64,000 nucleotides of DNA from Eledone cirrhosa (GCA_964016885.1 OZ024740.1:433380001-433444000); one strand, 5' to 3'; numbered from the stretch's first letter, positions 46,477-59,317 are shown. The notes: generated by a model from the letters alone, not told the origin. Program-made: numbers and translations.

Positions 46477-46970
46477 TGGTGGCTGCCAACTCGTTTTCGA
46501 GTACGGCCACTACTTTATATCCATGTAGGAGAACCCCTACCGATGCGCTGAACCAGTGTGACTTTTTAGTCCAGCCAGCGACTTGAAAACTCTGGTACAA
46601 ACAGTACACATGTGACAATTACTGACACATAGTGCTGGGCCCATGGTACCATGTGACGACAAGTGCAGAGGGATCTCGAGATATAAAGCAATGCCTGTGC
46701 CGTGAAGCTTTTATAGTGAGCAAAGGTACTGCACAAAGCCAGTCCCACTCTCTTAACCAAGATGATATTTACCAAAAATAAGAACAAGTCAACATCATTG
46801 GATACCATCAGGGTTGCAGGTGTTATATCAGAGTTTTCCTTCTCCTAGAATTCTGCCTTGACAAAGGCCAAGGGGTCATCTCTCCCGGTCATTTTGGATG
46901 GCCATTGACTCTTAAGAGCTCCTTTGCCCTTTGACAGGCCTTTGCCTTATGTCAGGTCACCAGTTGGTCA
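46477..46970. mobile_element. Unclassified dispersed repeat, copy 2 (probably longer), between (TA)n and (CA)n tracts
   Basis: Matches 23958-24289 from the same left end (TGGTGGCTGCCAACTCG). Extent beyond 46808 is inferred. Confidence 0.8.
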
Positions 46971-47106
46971 TAAATATATACACACACACACACACATACA
47001 TACATACATACATCCCCCCGCAACGTCCAAGTTTGTAGAGCAGTGTGTGTACATGTGTGTATGTACATGTGTATGTGTGTATGTACATGTGTCTACGTGT
47101 GTGTAC

Positions 47107-47387
47107 CAGGAGCGAAGGGTGCGTGCATGCAACACATGAGGTGCATGCGTTATAGAATCTTGAGTTTATCAATTGTGTCGGTTGAAGCAAGCAGAATTTT
47201 GGCTGCTTACTAAATCGTAGACACATAAAAAGATAACACACACACACACTAGATAACACTACATGCGGTTTTGACCGGGAGGGTCATTTAGAGGGAACTA
47301 GGGGGGAGGGGTAAGGCTACACAACCCCACTTTCCGCCATGGCGATTGGACTGCATGCCCTGCTTTCCAGGTTACCCTTCACCACTC
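47107..47387. mobile_element. hAT-type MITE (281 bp) with 8-bp target-site duplication
   Basis: 14-bp imperfect TIRs CAGGAGCGAAGGGT / ACCCTTCACCACTC (10/14), flanked by GTGTGTAC at 47099-47106 and 47388-47395. The flanks are low-complexity. Confidence 0.62.
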
Positions 47388-47474
47388 GTGTGTACGTGTG
47401 TGTACTAGATGAGGTCAACTACGAGACAGCGATCTGTCCAACCTATACAGGACAGCAAGGAAAAACAGACAGAA

Positions 47475-48270
47475 GATGATGATGATGGTAGTGATGGTGG
47501 TGATAGTGGTGATGATGGTGGTGATAGTGGTGATGATTGTGGTGATAGTGGTGGTGATGATGGTGGTGGTGATGATGGTGGTTATAGTGGTGGTGATGGT
47601 GGTTATAGTGGTGGTGATAGTGGTGGTGATGATGGTGGTGGTGATGATGGTGGTTATAGTGGTGGTGATGGTGGTTATAGTGGTGGTTATAGTGGTGGTG
47701 ATGATGGTGGTGGTGATGGTGGTGATAGTGGTGGTGGTGGTGATGGTGGCGATGATGGTGGTGATAGTGGTGGTGATGATGGTGGTGGTGATGATGGTGA
47801 TTATAGTGGTGGTGATGGTGGTTATAGTGGTGGTGATGATGGTGGTGGTGGTGATGGTGGTGATAGTGGTGGTGGTGGTGATAGTGGTGATGATGGTGGT
47901 GATAGTAGTGGTGATGATGGTGGTGGTGGTGATGGTGGTGATAGTGGTGGTGATAGTGGTGATGATGGTGGTGATAGTGGTGGTGGTAGTGGTGGTGGTG
48001 GTGGTGGTGATGGTGGTGGTGGTGATGGTAGTGGTGGTGGTGGTGGTGGTGGTGGTGGTGGTGGTGATGGTAGTGGTGGTGATGGTAATGGTGGTGGTGG
48101 TGCTGGTGGTGATGGTGGTGGTGGTGGTGGTGGTGGTGGTGATGGTGGTGATGGTGGTGGTGGTGATGGTGGTGGTGGTGGTGGTGATGGTGGTGGTGGT
48201 GATGGTGGTGGTGGTGATGATGGGGATGGTGGTGGTGGTGATGATGACAATGATAACAGTGATGACGATG
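47475..48270. repeat. (GGT/GAT/AGT)n trinucleotide tract
   Basis: Read directly. Confidence 0.93.
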
Positions 48271-48985
48271 AACAGAGCAGTATCTCAATTCAGGTAGCTA
48301 CAACTTTCAATTAACTGTCGCCTTCTATAAAAACTTATTTCTCTTCTTGTTAGAGATCTTCCATTCCTGTATTCCACCTCTACCCACAAAATATAACAAA
48401 AGCTACCACAAACAATGTTTAAACTATGATTAACCAACTTAGCTTTCATTAACCTTTTCTTTCTTTCAATTTTTACATTAAAAGGAAGAAAAAAGAACTG
48501 TTTTCAATAACTAGGCTAGGTTTAAATAGGTTTTCACTAAAAGACAAATCAATTTTTGTTGTTCTGCGAGAAGAGTGCCTTATTGATAGAAGTTAATTAA
48601 ACAAGAGTAGCAACAACTACTACTGGTTGTGATTTGAACAAATACAGGTAGATTGAACACCTATTGATTGGCATGCAGCTCTAGTCAGCAACCAGAAAAT
48701 TCACAACTGTTCATTTAAACTATGGAATAAAATTGTTCTAGTTTTTAATTTTATTTTATTTTGTTGCTTTAGTTGTTGAGATTATCAAAAGATTCACAAT
48801 AGTGGATCCTGTGACATTGTCTTTGTTGCTAAATAATGACAACACAGCTAATTAATGTAAACAGCTAATTAATGTAAACAGCTAATTAATGTAGTTTAAG
48901 GTTTTTGTTTTTAAATCCATGAAATATATTCAACATTATATTTCATTTTATAACAGAATTTTAACATCTATTTTTTAGTCTCAGG

Positions 48986-49678
48986 ACACACACACATATA
49001 GAAGACTACATACACACACACACATATATATATATACATACAAAGATAGATAGATGATTACATACACACACACACATATATATATATACACATACACACA
49101 CACATATATATATATATACACATACACACACACACATAGATGACTACATACATACACACATACATATACATATACACACACACATAGATAACATACATAC
49201 ATATATATATATATATATACACACATAGATGATTACATACATACACACACACACATAGATAATTACATACAAACACACACATAGATATATACATACACAC
49301 ACATACATATATACATACACACACACATATATATATACATGCATAGATATATACATACATACACATATATATATATACATACACACAAAGATAGATAGAA
49401 TACATACATACATACACACACACACACATAAATACATACACATATACACACTGATAGATACATGCATACACACATGTACACATATACATGTATACATATG
49501 TACACAGATACATACATACATACACACAGATAGATAGATAGATAGATACAAGCATACACACATATATACACACAAGTGTATACATACATACATATATACG
49601 GAGATATATGCATGCATCACAGAGATATACACACACATAGATACATACACATGCATACACACACATGCATGTATACAT
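48986..49678. repeat. CA/TA/AGAT compound low-complexity tract
   Basis: Read directly. Confidence 0.9.
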
Positions 49679-50223
49679 AATTGCTACATGTATACATATT
49701 GTCTACATGTAGACAAAATTGTCTACATGTAGACATAATTCCCTACACTATAAAACAAAGAATATTTCTACGAGAGAATATTTCTTTTAATCCAACTGAA
49801 AACCAAAATATTCTTAAGATGGAGTTGAAATAACAGTCAGATGAAATAATCTCTGGAGAGTATTTTGGTAAATTCTAGCAATTAGAAGGAAGAAAATAAA
49901 TGGAAGAAAGAGAAGAAAAAAAGAAAAAAAGTAAAAAGAGGGAAAGAAAAAAAAGAAAAGAAAAGAAAGAAAAAGAAAAAGAAAAAGAAAGAAGGAGGGT
50001 AATAAGAAGACTGATTCTCTCCTCAGTGCCATTAATAACTTCTATGATAGGACCAACGCGACAAATTTGGGGTGAGGAGTTCAGTTGATTATATTGACTA
50101 CAGAACTAGTTGAGCTCATGACAGGGTCCCTAGTCAATCACAAACTTGCAGAAAATAGCAAACAAATCTTCATTAATCACTAAAAGAAAAGGACATTGGA
50201 TAAACATCATTATTTAGATGACA

Positions 50224-50408
50224 GGGTGGTGGCTTGGCAGTATCGGTAGAGGGTCGGACTCCATGCTTTCCAGCATAGTTACGTCCCTTTGCGGTCTGAG
50301 TTCAAATCCCACCGAGGTTAACTTTGCCTTTCATCCTTACGGGGTCGATAAAATAAAGTACCAGTAATGCACTGGGTAATTGATGGCCTTGTGCCAAAAG
50401 TAGAAACA
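50224..50408 (+). mobile_element. SINE family A full copy with 15-bp TSD
   Basis: ATTATTTAGATGACA at 50209-50223 and 50409-50423. A- and B-boxes present. Confidence 0.92.
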
Positions 50409-50415
50409 ATTATTT

Positions 50416-51363
50416 AGATGACATCAAGCTGTACCTTGAGATAAAAATGATAGATCCTGAACACTATAGATCTTGCTTGCAGCCTGACCTGGACACAATG
50501 CAACAATGGATCTCAGACTGGCAACTGAAGCTAGCTGTGGACAAGTGCACCACCATGCATTTTGGGAGTAAAAACCCAGCGTCCACATACTCCCTCCACA
50601 GCACTAATATCAAGAAGTCTTCTTGTGAACGTGACCTGGGCATTACTGTCAGCAGCGATTTGCGTTGGACGAAGCGCGTCTCTAAAATTGTCAAGAAGGC
50701 CGAGGGTGTCTTGGCATCACTCAGCAAGACCTTTGTCAGCCGCTCTCCAGCTATATATTTAAGGCTGTTCATGACTATGGTGCAGCCACACTTAGAATTT
50801 TCATCACCAGTCTGGAACCCCTATCTTGCTTAGAACATTGACCTCCTGGAAACTGTTCAGAGACGTGCAACCAAGTGAATACCCTCAATCAGGCATCTAC
50901 CATACTCTGAGCGCCTCTCTTCCCTGGGCATGGATACATTGAAGCTCCGACGCCTGGCAACTGACTTGGTAAACACCCACAAAATTGTTAACCATCTTGC
51001 CAATTGCAACCCTGAGTACCTCTTTGATCTCCATGTGTCTAACACACGTGCACATGCCCACAAGGTCAGAAAACAGCACAGTTCCCATGACTTTCGTAAA
51101 CATTTTTTCATGCTCAGAGTTACTGAAGCATGGAACAAACTACCTGCGTCAGTTGTTAGCTGTCGAGACACTGCATCCTTTAAGGCCTCCATGCTTCCTG
51201 AGATTCGCCAACACTACACCTAATGTTCCCCCTCCACACACATATATCATGACTCATACACTATTCACTTCCCTGACATTTGTATATTATTCTATGTACT
51301 ATACATGCACCTTTGACGAGTTGTAGTTCACCTGAGCACTTTACACAATAATTTCATTATTAT
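50416..51363 (+). mobile_element. 5'-truncated CR1-group LINE (from the (YA)DDIKL motif to the TAT tail), with in-frame stops
   Basis: ORFs 50447..50833 and 50930..51223 match the RT C-terminus of 61035..62342 and end in RVTEAWNKLP. Confidence 0.93.
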
Positions 51364-51370
51364 TTAACCT

Positions 51371-51722
51371 TGGATTGGCAGTATCGGTAGAGAGTCGAAC
51401 GCCATGCTTTGACGCATAGAGTTACGGCCCTTGCCATTCTGAGTTGAAATCCTGCCGAGGTTAACTTTGCCTTTCATCCTTACGGGGGCGATAAAATAAA
51501 GTACCAGTAATACACTGGGTAATTGCTGGCCTTGTGCCAAAAGTAGAAACAATGCTGGTGGATTGGCAGTATCGGTAGAAGGCCGGGTGCCATGCTTTGC
51601 AGCATAGAGTTACAGCCCTTTACAGTCTGGGTTCAATTCCTGCCGAGGTTAACTTTGCCTTTCATCCTTACGGGGTCGCACTGGGTAATTGCTGGCGTTG
51701 TGCAAAATGTAGAAACAATTAT
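51371..51722 (+). mobile_element. Two head-to-tail SINE family A copies directly after the CR1 tail
   Basis: GGATTGGCAGTATCGGTAGA heads at 51372 and 51560. The second copy has an internal deletion. Confidence 0.88.
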
Positions 51723-51909
51723 TTAACATCCAATTTCCCAGCTAGTAAGGGTTGGATGAGTCTACAAAGACCAAGTCAGTACTGAAGTGGGGCCACTTAT
51801 ATCCCAAACAGGGGAGGGGGGTCTGTATCCTTCTTATGTACCGTCTTTATTGAGTACAGAGGAGAAGTTGTCGTGTCTTTTGACACAAACTGAAATATTT
51901 ATATTTCCA

Positions 51910-52099
51910 TGTTTCTACTTTTGGCACAAGGCCAGCAATTACCCCAGAGTATAACAGGTACTTTATTTTATCGACCCCATAAAGATGAAAGGCAAAGTTA
52001 ACCTCTATGGGATTTCAACTCAGACCAAAAAGGGACGTAACTCTATGCTGCAAAGCATGGTGCCCTACCCTCTACCGATACTGCCAATCCACTGTCCCT
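51910..52099 (-). mobile_element. SINE family A full copy
   Basis: Reverse complement of the family consensus. Confidence 0.87.
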
Positions 52100-52264
52100 T
52101 ATATACCAATATATAATGTTTGAGTGAAAGATGAGATGGTCCTACTTGGAATGTCTTTGACCACAAAACTGCTTGACCAGGGCTGACCAAAGGTTACAAC
52201 AATTGCTATTTATATAACCTTGAAAAGCCAAAAGGGAAAGATGATGGTGGCACATTTGAACGTG

Positions 52265-52578
52265 AAGGCTTTGTGGTTAAGGTATTCAGCTCACAATCGT
52301 AACGTTGTGAGTTCAATTCCTGGCAGTGTGACCTTCAGCAAGATACTTTATTTCACGTTGCTTCAGTCCAATCAGCTGATAAAAACGAGTTGTACCTGTC
52401 ATTCGAAGAGCCAGCCATGTCACATTCCGTGTCACGCTGAATCTCCCTGAGAAATGTACACGTTAAGCGAACACATGTCTGTGGAATGCTCAGCCACTTG
52501 CACATTAATTTAAGGAGTAGGCTGTTCCATTGATTGGATCAGCTGGAACACTCGTCATCGTAACTAACGGAGTATCAG
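52265..52578 (+). mobile_element. Second tRNA-derived SINE family (B)
   Basis: tRNA-like head GTGGTTAAGG...GAGTTCAATTCC, then GTGACCTTCAGCAAGATACTT (V/Meta-SINE-like core, recalled). Single copy in the window. Confidence 0.6.
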
Positions 52579-52971
52579 TTATTTTTGACAAAGATATAGA
52601 GTTAACCCTTTAGCATTTACATTACTCTATATATATACTATTGTATTTTCACAGTAAAGGCTTTACCTCACATAATATCTCACATAACATTTACATTACT
52701 CTATATATACTATTGTATTTTTACAGTAAAGGCTTTACCTCACATAATATCTCGCATAGCATCTCGTATACGAGAGACATGTGTTGACGTGTGTGAACAA
52801 GCTCGGATACCGAGTCGGATTTACTTACTCAAAAGTGAGTTTTGATTAATTTTTTATACTGTAATATACGTTAACCCCTTGCCTTGGTCATCAAACTTTG
52901 AGTTTATTTATTTTCGCCCCTTTTTGGGGCGAATTTTCCAGTTAAAAATTTATTACGGCAAACTAATAGAA

Positions 52972-54700
52972 ATGGACGGAATTTTCACATCTCATCCTAA
53001 CGTGAAAGCCACGCCCCCTAAGAACGGTGATACAGAGAAGCTAGAAGCACAAGGCTCTAAGTCTTCCCTCCTCACTTCTGCAAAAGAAACATGGAACACG
53101 GAATTAAAAGAAAAATTTGTAAAAATGAGTGAAAACCCAGAAAGTCACATAAACGCAGACAAAAACAACAACGACAATAACAGCAATAGTCACAACACCA
53201 ACCAAGGAAAAAATAACGATAACACCAAACAAAGCGAACCCACTACTGGTGCCTCCTTTGCACAGGCGGTCCGGAAAACACAAACCTGCAAGCAACTGGA
53301 CATTACAACTCTGAGAGAAAAGATGAAGGAAGCGAAACAGTATGTAACTTTCAAAGAAGGAGGAGACTTCACAATCACCTCCCCACAAGAAATCAAAAGA
53401 GACATGACGCTAAGAACGATATCTTTCAGAACAATTTCCAACATAACAAGGAAACCAGCTCAATTATCCCAAAAAGAGATTGAGCTGGTCCTAAAAAATG
53501 TGTGGAGTGATATATCGTTCATACAAAAAGGGCCACTCTATGGGAATATAACGGTCCTAATGAAGGATCAATTGACGGCCAGGAAATACTCTGTGGCGCC
53601 AATTGTTTCCAAGCTACATACATTTTTCCCCACATATTTAGGGAAAAGAACGCAGAAAATAAGGGTCTCCAGAATCCGGCCAAATGCATGCATTTCCTGG
53701 GTACTAACAGGATTTTTAGAAGACGAGGACGGAATCCTCTCAGTAGGAGAAGTCACCACAGACGTTTTCGGCGGTTTGAGCGTGGAGGTTCTGGTCCAAA
53801 TGAGACCAGAACGAATAGCTAGAATACCACAGAGGGTGTCCCTCGATGGAGAAACATTTATATACATTTCAGCCGAGGGTAGGAGGCCCATATGTTACTA
53901 CTGTTCAAGCAGGGGTCATCTAAGGGCTGCTTGTCCTCAATTGACAAAAAAAAAAGGCTCTTTTGCTTACACCCCACACACCACCACCGCCACCACCACC
54001 TCCACCACCACCACAACAACAACAAAAACAACACGGAAAAATAACACAAGACACGGCCCCACCCAAAACAACTCCCAAAACACACACAAATACAACAAAA
54101 CCCCAAAATACACCACTACCCGACAGCACAGACGAGGACCCAGCTGAAACGGCACCTAGTGACGAAGAGGGGGAACCCTTCCAACCTGTAAAAAGAAAAA
54201 AAAGAAAGCACCACTCGAACATAAACGAAACAAACACACAACCACCAACAAAAACAAAACAAACAGAACAAACAAAATCCGCCCCACCCCAAAACATAAC
54301 ACATACAACAAAACGTAAGCACACACAAGAACAACAAACAAACACAACACAAATAAAACAGTATACATACATTAACACAAATAACAAAGAATTAGTAAAA
54401 ACAATACACAAAGACCCTTCGGTGGAAACTGAAGGGCAATTCTTTGCAAGCGCGGCCAACAAACCGCATTTAAAAATGATAAGACTCCCAATGGACACCT
54501 ATGCAAAACTAAGAGAGAACTTTCCTGAGGATGTGGGGAAAACATGTACTCGACCCTATAACCGCGTCCTCTTGAAACGTTTCCCCACCCACACCTCACC
54601 AAACACCCCCACCCCACCACAGAACAACACCCCACCAAACAACCCCTCCAATACGCCCATGGATATTGTGCAACCTGCTCCTCAGGAGCCGAACAGGTAG
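52972..54700 (+). pseudogene. Tx1 ORF1 gag-like nucleic-acid-binding protein, probably frameshifted in the A10 run at 53946-53955
   Basis: ATG at 52972 (MDGIF...), ASFAQAV motif and CYYCSSRGHLRAAC knuckle. A Pro/Thr/Lys-rich tail continues in frame 53963..54700 and stops 21 bp before ORF2. Confidence 0.8.
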
Positions 54701-54721
54701 GTCCTTCCTCTTTTAACCAAC

Positions 54722-57700
54722 ATGGCTGATATAAGAGTTGGGTGTCTGAATGTACGCGGCCTGGGACTGTCTTGCAAACAAGGCAAACTTTTAAACGATC
54801 TCAGGTCGCATAGAATGGATGTAATGGCTATTTGTGAGTCCAGGATCAGCAGCGAGCACCAACTGGCGCCCCTCTTCAACGACTTTGAGATCTTCGCATC
54901 TCTCTGTCAACCGGAGGGTGTGGGTGGAGTTGTCGTTCTGCTGCGAAAACACCTGGGCCTCGCCATACAGAAGGTGCACCTGGACCCGGAGGGTCGACTG
55001 GTGGTTTTAGACGTTGGCAGTAGTGAAAGTGGAGCCCTTAGACTAATAGCTGTGTACGCCCCTTTTTGGGCAGCGCGGCCGGAATACTTCCAACGTCTGG
55101 AAACTTTTCTGGGAACGTCCCGCTCCTTGCTTTTAGTGGGGGACTGGAATGGTATCCTGGATGCACGTTGGGACTATGTAGGGGCATGTGCCAATAGAGG
55201 GGGGTGTAAAAGCCTCAAAAGGTTAATCGGCCGATTTGACCTGGCCGATAGATATCGACTAGATTTTCCGACTGTACCACTATGGACGTGGACCAATCGC
55301 AGCGGAACATCTAGGTCGTACCTAGATAGGGTCCTAGTTAGAGAGAAGGATAGGGACACATTTAGCTGTCCAAAAATGTTCATGGTTGACTATTCGGATC
55401 ACAAGTTAGTGACCTGCATAGCCAACCTTGATAGAACCCATAGACAGGGACCCGGTTACTGGAAGCTGAACTTGTCCTTACCGAGAAGCAAAGCTTACAG
55501 AAAACGGATTAGCACGTTAGTTAAGCAGAGTTTGACAGGGGCAATTGTCAACAACAGGTGGTGGAGCTCTCTTAAGAGAGCAATTAGAATAGAATCGATA
55601 GGTTTTAGTCAGGAATTAGCAAGGGATAGGAACAAGATGGAAAGGGAATTAGTAGATAGAGTAGAAGAGGCGATTAGGAGTGGCAATGTAGCCGGCGTGC
55701 TGGCATCAAGAATGGCCTTAGACCAGTTCTTTGAGGTGAAGCATGAAGGCTGCGTTGTCAGGAGTAAAATACGTGCTCTGGGTAATGAGGGAGCCAAAGC
55801 TGTGAGCTGGGCCCGAGTGACAGAGGCAAAAAGTGGGAACAAGTCCACGATTCGGTCTTTGAAGGACCAGGATGGGCGTGTGATCCTTGAACCTGGGCAG
55901 ATGTGTGCGGCCTTTCAGCGGCACTTTGCACGACTGTTCGAGCTGGGCGGCGCGCCGGGTGAGACTATGGATTTCAATCCATACCTCGACGGTCTGCCGC
56001 GCCTCTCGGACGCGAAGTCCTGCGAAAGGACGATTTCAGCTGCTGAGATAGGGGCGGCGCTGAGCCAATGCGGCAAACGCAAATCCCCGGGTCTCGATGG
56101 TCTACCATATGAGCTATATGTAGCGATGCCGGATTTGTTCTCCGATATCCTCGAAGCGGTCTACTGCAACTGGCAGCAGAACGGGAGAATTCCCAGTTCT
56201 GTGACCAAGGGCGTAGTTACGCTGGTGAGGAAGGATGAGAACAAGGGGGATGACATAAGTAACTTCAGGCCCATAACTCTGCTAAATACAAAGTTAAAGA
56301 TTTTGGCCAAGGTGTTAGCGAAGAGGTTGGCGCTTGTCGTTGGAAACCTGGTGGGAGAAGCGCAGACATGCGCAATCCCGTCCAGGTCCATTCACGACAA
56401 TCTCCACCTTATGCGATACATCATAGAGAGAGTAGGGAATGAACCCGGCTTTGGTGGGGCCCTGATCAACTTGGATCAATCTAAAGCTTTCGATAGGGTT
56501 GACCATCGTTACCTGGATGCGGTGCTCGCGGCAGCAGGCTTCGGACCCGTTTTCAGGGGTTGGATTGCTGCGATGCACAGCAGCAACATCTGCTCAAGGG
56601 TCAAGGTGAACGGCCACCTCTCGGAGCCGTTCCAAATCATGCGATCCATCCGACAGGGATGCCCTCTCTCCTCCCTAATGTATGTGCTGGCTCTTGAGCC
56701 ACTACTGCGGAAGTTGGAGCGGTTGCAGGGCATCCCTTTGGAACCGGGATTGCAGAAAGCGGCGTCGGCCTACGCCGATGACGTGACAGTAATGGTGTCA
56801 AAAACCTCGCAAATTGGTGAGATCGGCACCTTACTGGAGGAATATGAAAGGTTTACAGGAGCCAAGCTGAACCGGGACAAGTCCGTCGGTTTGCAACTCG
56901 GAACATGGACGGAGGGCCCGGTGAAGCTGCTTGGGGTCTGGTTCGGACCAGACCTCCAGGTGGAGAAAAACTGGAACGAGTTAACGGCCAGGGTGTTTGC
57001 ACTCACCCAGAAGTGGGCCCAGTGCAAACTATCCCTGAAAAGTCGAGCGGAGGTGGCGAATACTTATATAGCATCCGTCATCTACTACCGCTTGACCGTC
57101 GTGCCTTGCCCAGTGAAAAGACTCGCCAAAATGGAGTGCGCGCTGTTCCAATTTCTTTGGAACAAGCGGACCCCTTTGGTGAGGAGATCCATCTGCTGTC
57201 AACACCCTTCGAAAGGAGGGCTGGGGATGCCGTGGCTACAGATGCGTAAACACGCATTAAGGCTACGGCACCTCCAGGTATTCCTCACCGGTCAACCGGT
57301 GTGGGCCCCGTTTGTGAGGCGAGCCTTTCCCAGACTCGTCTCGCTCACCGAGCTGCAATCCTGGGTCAAGCAAAGACCGAGAAAAGTGGGCGACTGGCAC
57401 ATTGAATGTGCCCAGGCGCTCACGGCCCTCTGGAAAGCGGACCCGGCAATCAGTGGAGACTCCACCTCGACATTCTATAGAGGGTTGGTACACAGCAGGT
57501 GCGACGATGCTCTCGGAGAAGCTCTAGGCATGGAGGAAGATGAACTGGCCAGTCTGTTCGGTAGGACGTTTGGCCCTGGACAACTTCCAAAAGTCCCTGG
57601 CTTAGCAGTGCTACCGAGGGGCTCTACCCGTTCGAGACAAGCTCCACAGGCATGGGAGCCTGGGTAGGGATCCTTTGAATAAGATCTGTCCGAGATGCGT

Positions 57701-58094
57701 GCATGACGACGAAACCGTTGCGCACACATTCGTACACTGCCCAGGCATTGCTGACTTGTGGGGCTATGTGGAACGACTACTGTCGAGGGTGGGACCAATC
57801 CGGTTGACCACCGAGTCCATTGTCACGATCAAACCGCCTCCCCCTTTCAAAAACGAAGGAGAGGCGGTTTTTCTCTGTGTGATAGCCATGGCTAAAGAAG
57901 TTGTATGGTGGACGAGGCTGAGGTCAGACACCTTTCTCTCCGGCCAACAACTGGTCCCCTTTTTCAAATATCATTTTAAAAGAAGGATCAGAATGGAGAG
58001 AGAGGTGCTCTACCCCAGCAAGTTTTATGAAAGGTGGGTGAAAGTAGGGAGAATGGCCAGAGTGAATGGGTCTTCTCTCTATATCAGCCTGTAG
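54722..58094 (+). pseudogene. Tx1 ORF2 endonuclease/reverse transcriptase, frameshift near 57580 and stop at 57603-57605
   Basis: GCLNVRGL, LVGDWN, SYLDR and SDHK (APE); KSPGLDGL, FRPITLLN, DQSKAFDRVDH, RQGCPLS and YADD (RT). The shifted frame reads DNFQKSLA*QCYRGALPVRDKL...CPRCVHDDETVAHTFVHC. Confidence 0.93.
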
Positions 58095-59279
58095 GCGAAA
58101 GAAGAGGAAAAAGAGGAGACGAGGGAAGCACCTACTCTTTGTGCTCCTGAGGAGAAGGGTTGCACATTTTTTCCGGGGTGTGTGCGACCCATGTTAATGC
58201 CCCCTCCCTATTGAGGACTTCGTTTGTTGTTATTTCATTGTTATATTTTTGTACTCGTTAATTATATGTAAACTTCCCCCCTTGTATCTGTCCCGACCTT
58301 TTGTGCCCTGGTGGCAAATAAAGAAATTACTCTATATATACTATTGTATTTTCACAGTAAAGGCTTTACCTCACATAATATCTCACATAACATTTACATT
58401 ACTCTATATATACTATTGTATTTTCACAGTAAAGGCTTTACCTCACATAATATTGAATCTATTAGATTTTGATGTTATTTATTTTAAGAACAATACCTTA
58501 ACATCAGTATCAGTGGCAGGTTACAGCTGGTTTGAATAGAAAGAGGTGAGATAATTCTGGCCGGATATGGCCAGTTTAAATGCTAAAGGGTTAAATTGAG
58601 CCAAGATTATGATCTTAATTTAGATAAGTCAACAACTAAAGAAGTAGACATTTTGTATTTTGAAAGTATAATTCAGACAGCATAAAGTTGTTATTTTTAA
58701 TATTCTAAGGTCACTTTTCTGGTGTTGGCATCAGCTAGAATTGAAGAAATAAGTAATTCAATATTTAGATCCAGTTCTCTAAGGTAACAATATATATTAT
58801 TTGGATTCCACTAACTTTGGCTACAATTTCAAAATTCCATAATACATGCAATTATCGCTTAACCAATCTTTCAGTTCTATTACAGGCCAATCTCATTCCA
58901 AGAGAGGAAGAGAGAGAGAGAGATTCAGAAAGACTGATGAAGAGAGAAAGAAAGAGAGGTTGTTTAATCTCGACTAATCCTTTTAATCAAATTAAGGAAT
59001 TATCTAGTTTCTTAACACTTTTAATAGGAACCCACAATCAAATTAAGAACTTCTATAGGCCTTTAACTTTTAATACAAACCTAGAAGAAACTGCCTTCGT
59101 TTCATGATAGACAACTACCCAGTTTAAGATATATTTATATTAAAAGCTTCCATTATGTTTGTATTGAAGACATTTTTGTTCAGTAATGTTTCAAACATCA
59201 GCTTACTAAATATTTTATTAGATTCTTCAAATTTTCAAAATGAATTGATAGACATAGAGAGCGTCTTTCATTAGAAATA

Positions 59280-59317
59280 CTAGCAGAAAAACCACCCTGC
59301 AGGCGGTTTTCTGCTAG
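59280..59317. repeat. Imperfect 38-bp hairpin CTAGCAGAAAAACC...GGTTTTCTGCTAG
   Basis: Read directly. The ACTAGCAG start recurs at 59401. Confidence 0.75.

Larger units (their letters stand above)
52751..58325 (+). mobile_element. Near full-length Tx1-clade (L1 group) non-LTR retrotransposon, about 5.6 kb
   Basis: 5' UTR, ORF1 with CCHC knuckle, ORF2 with APE + RT + C-terminal CCHC, and 3' UTR ending AATAAAGAA. Flanked by long direct repeats. Confidence 0.93.
52606..58590. mobile_element. TTAA-flanked (piggyBac-type) MITE split by the Tx1 insertion
   Basis: TTAA|CCCTTTAGCATTTA (52602-52619) ... TAAATGCTAAAGGG|TTAA (58577-58594): 14-bp perfect TIRs with TTAA TSD. Confidence 0.85.

Noticed and set aside
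53104-57967. Antisense and alternate-frame ORFs within the Tx1 element
   Set aside because: Shadows of ORF1/ORF2 with no independent motifs.
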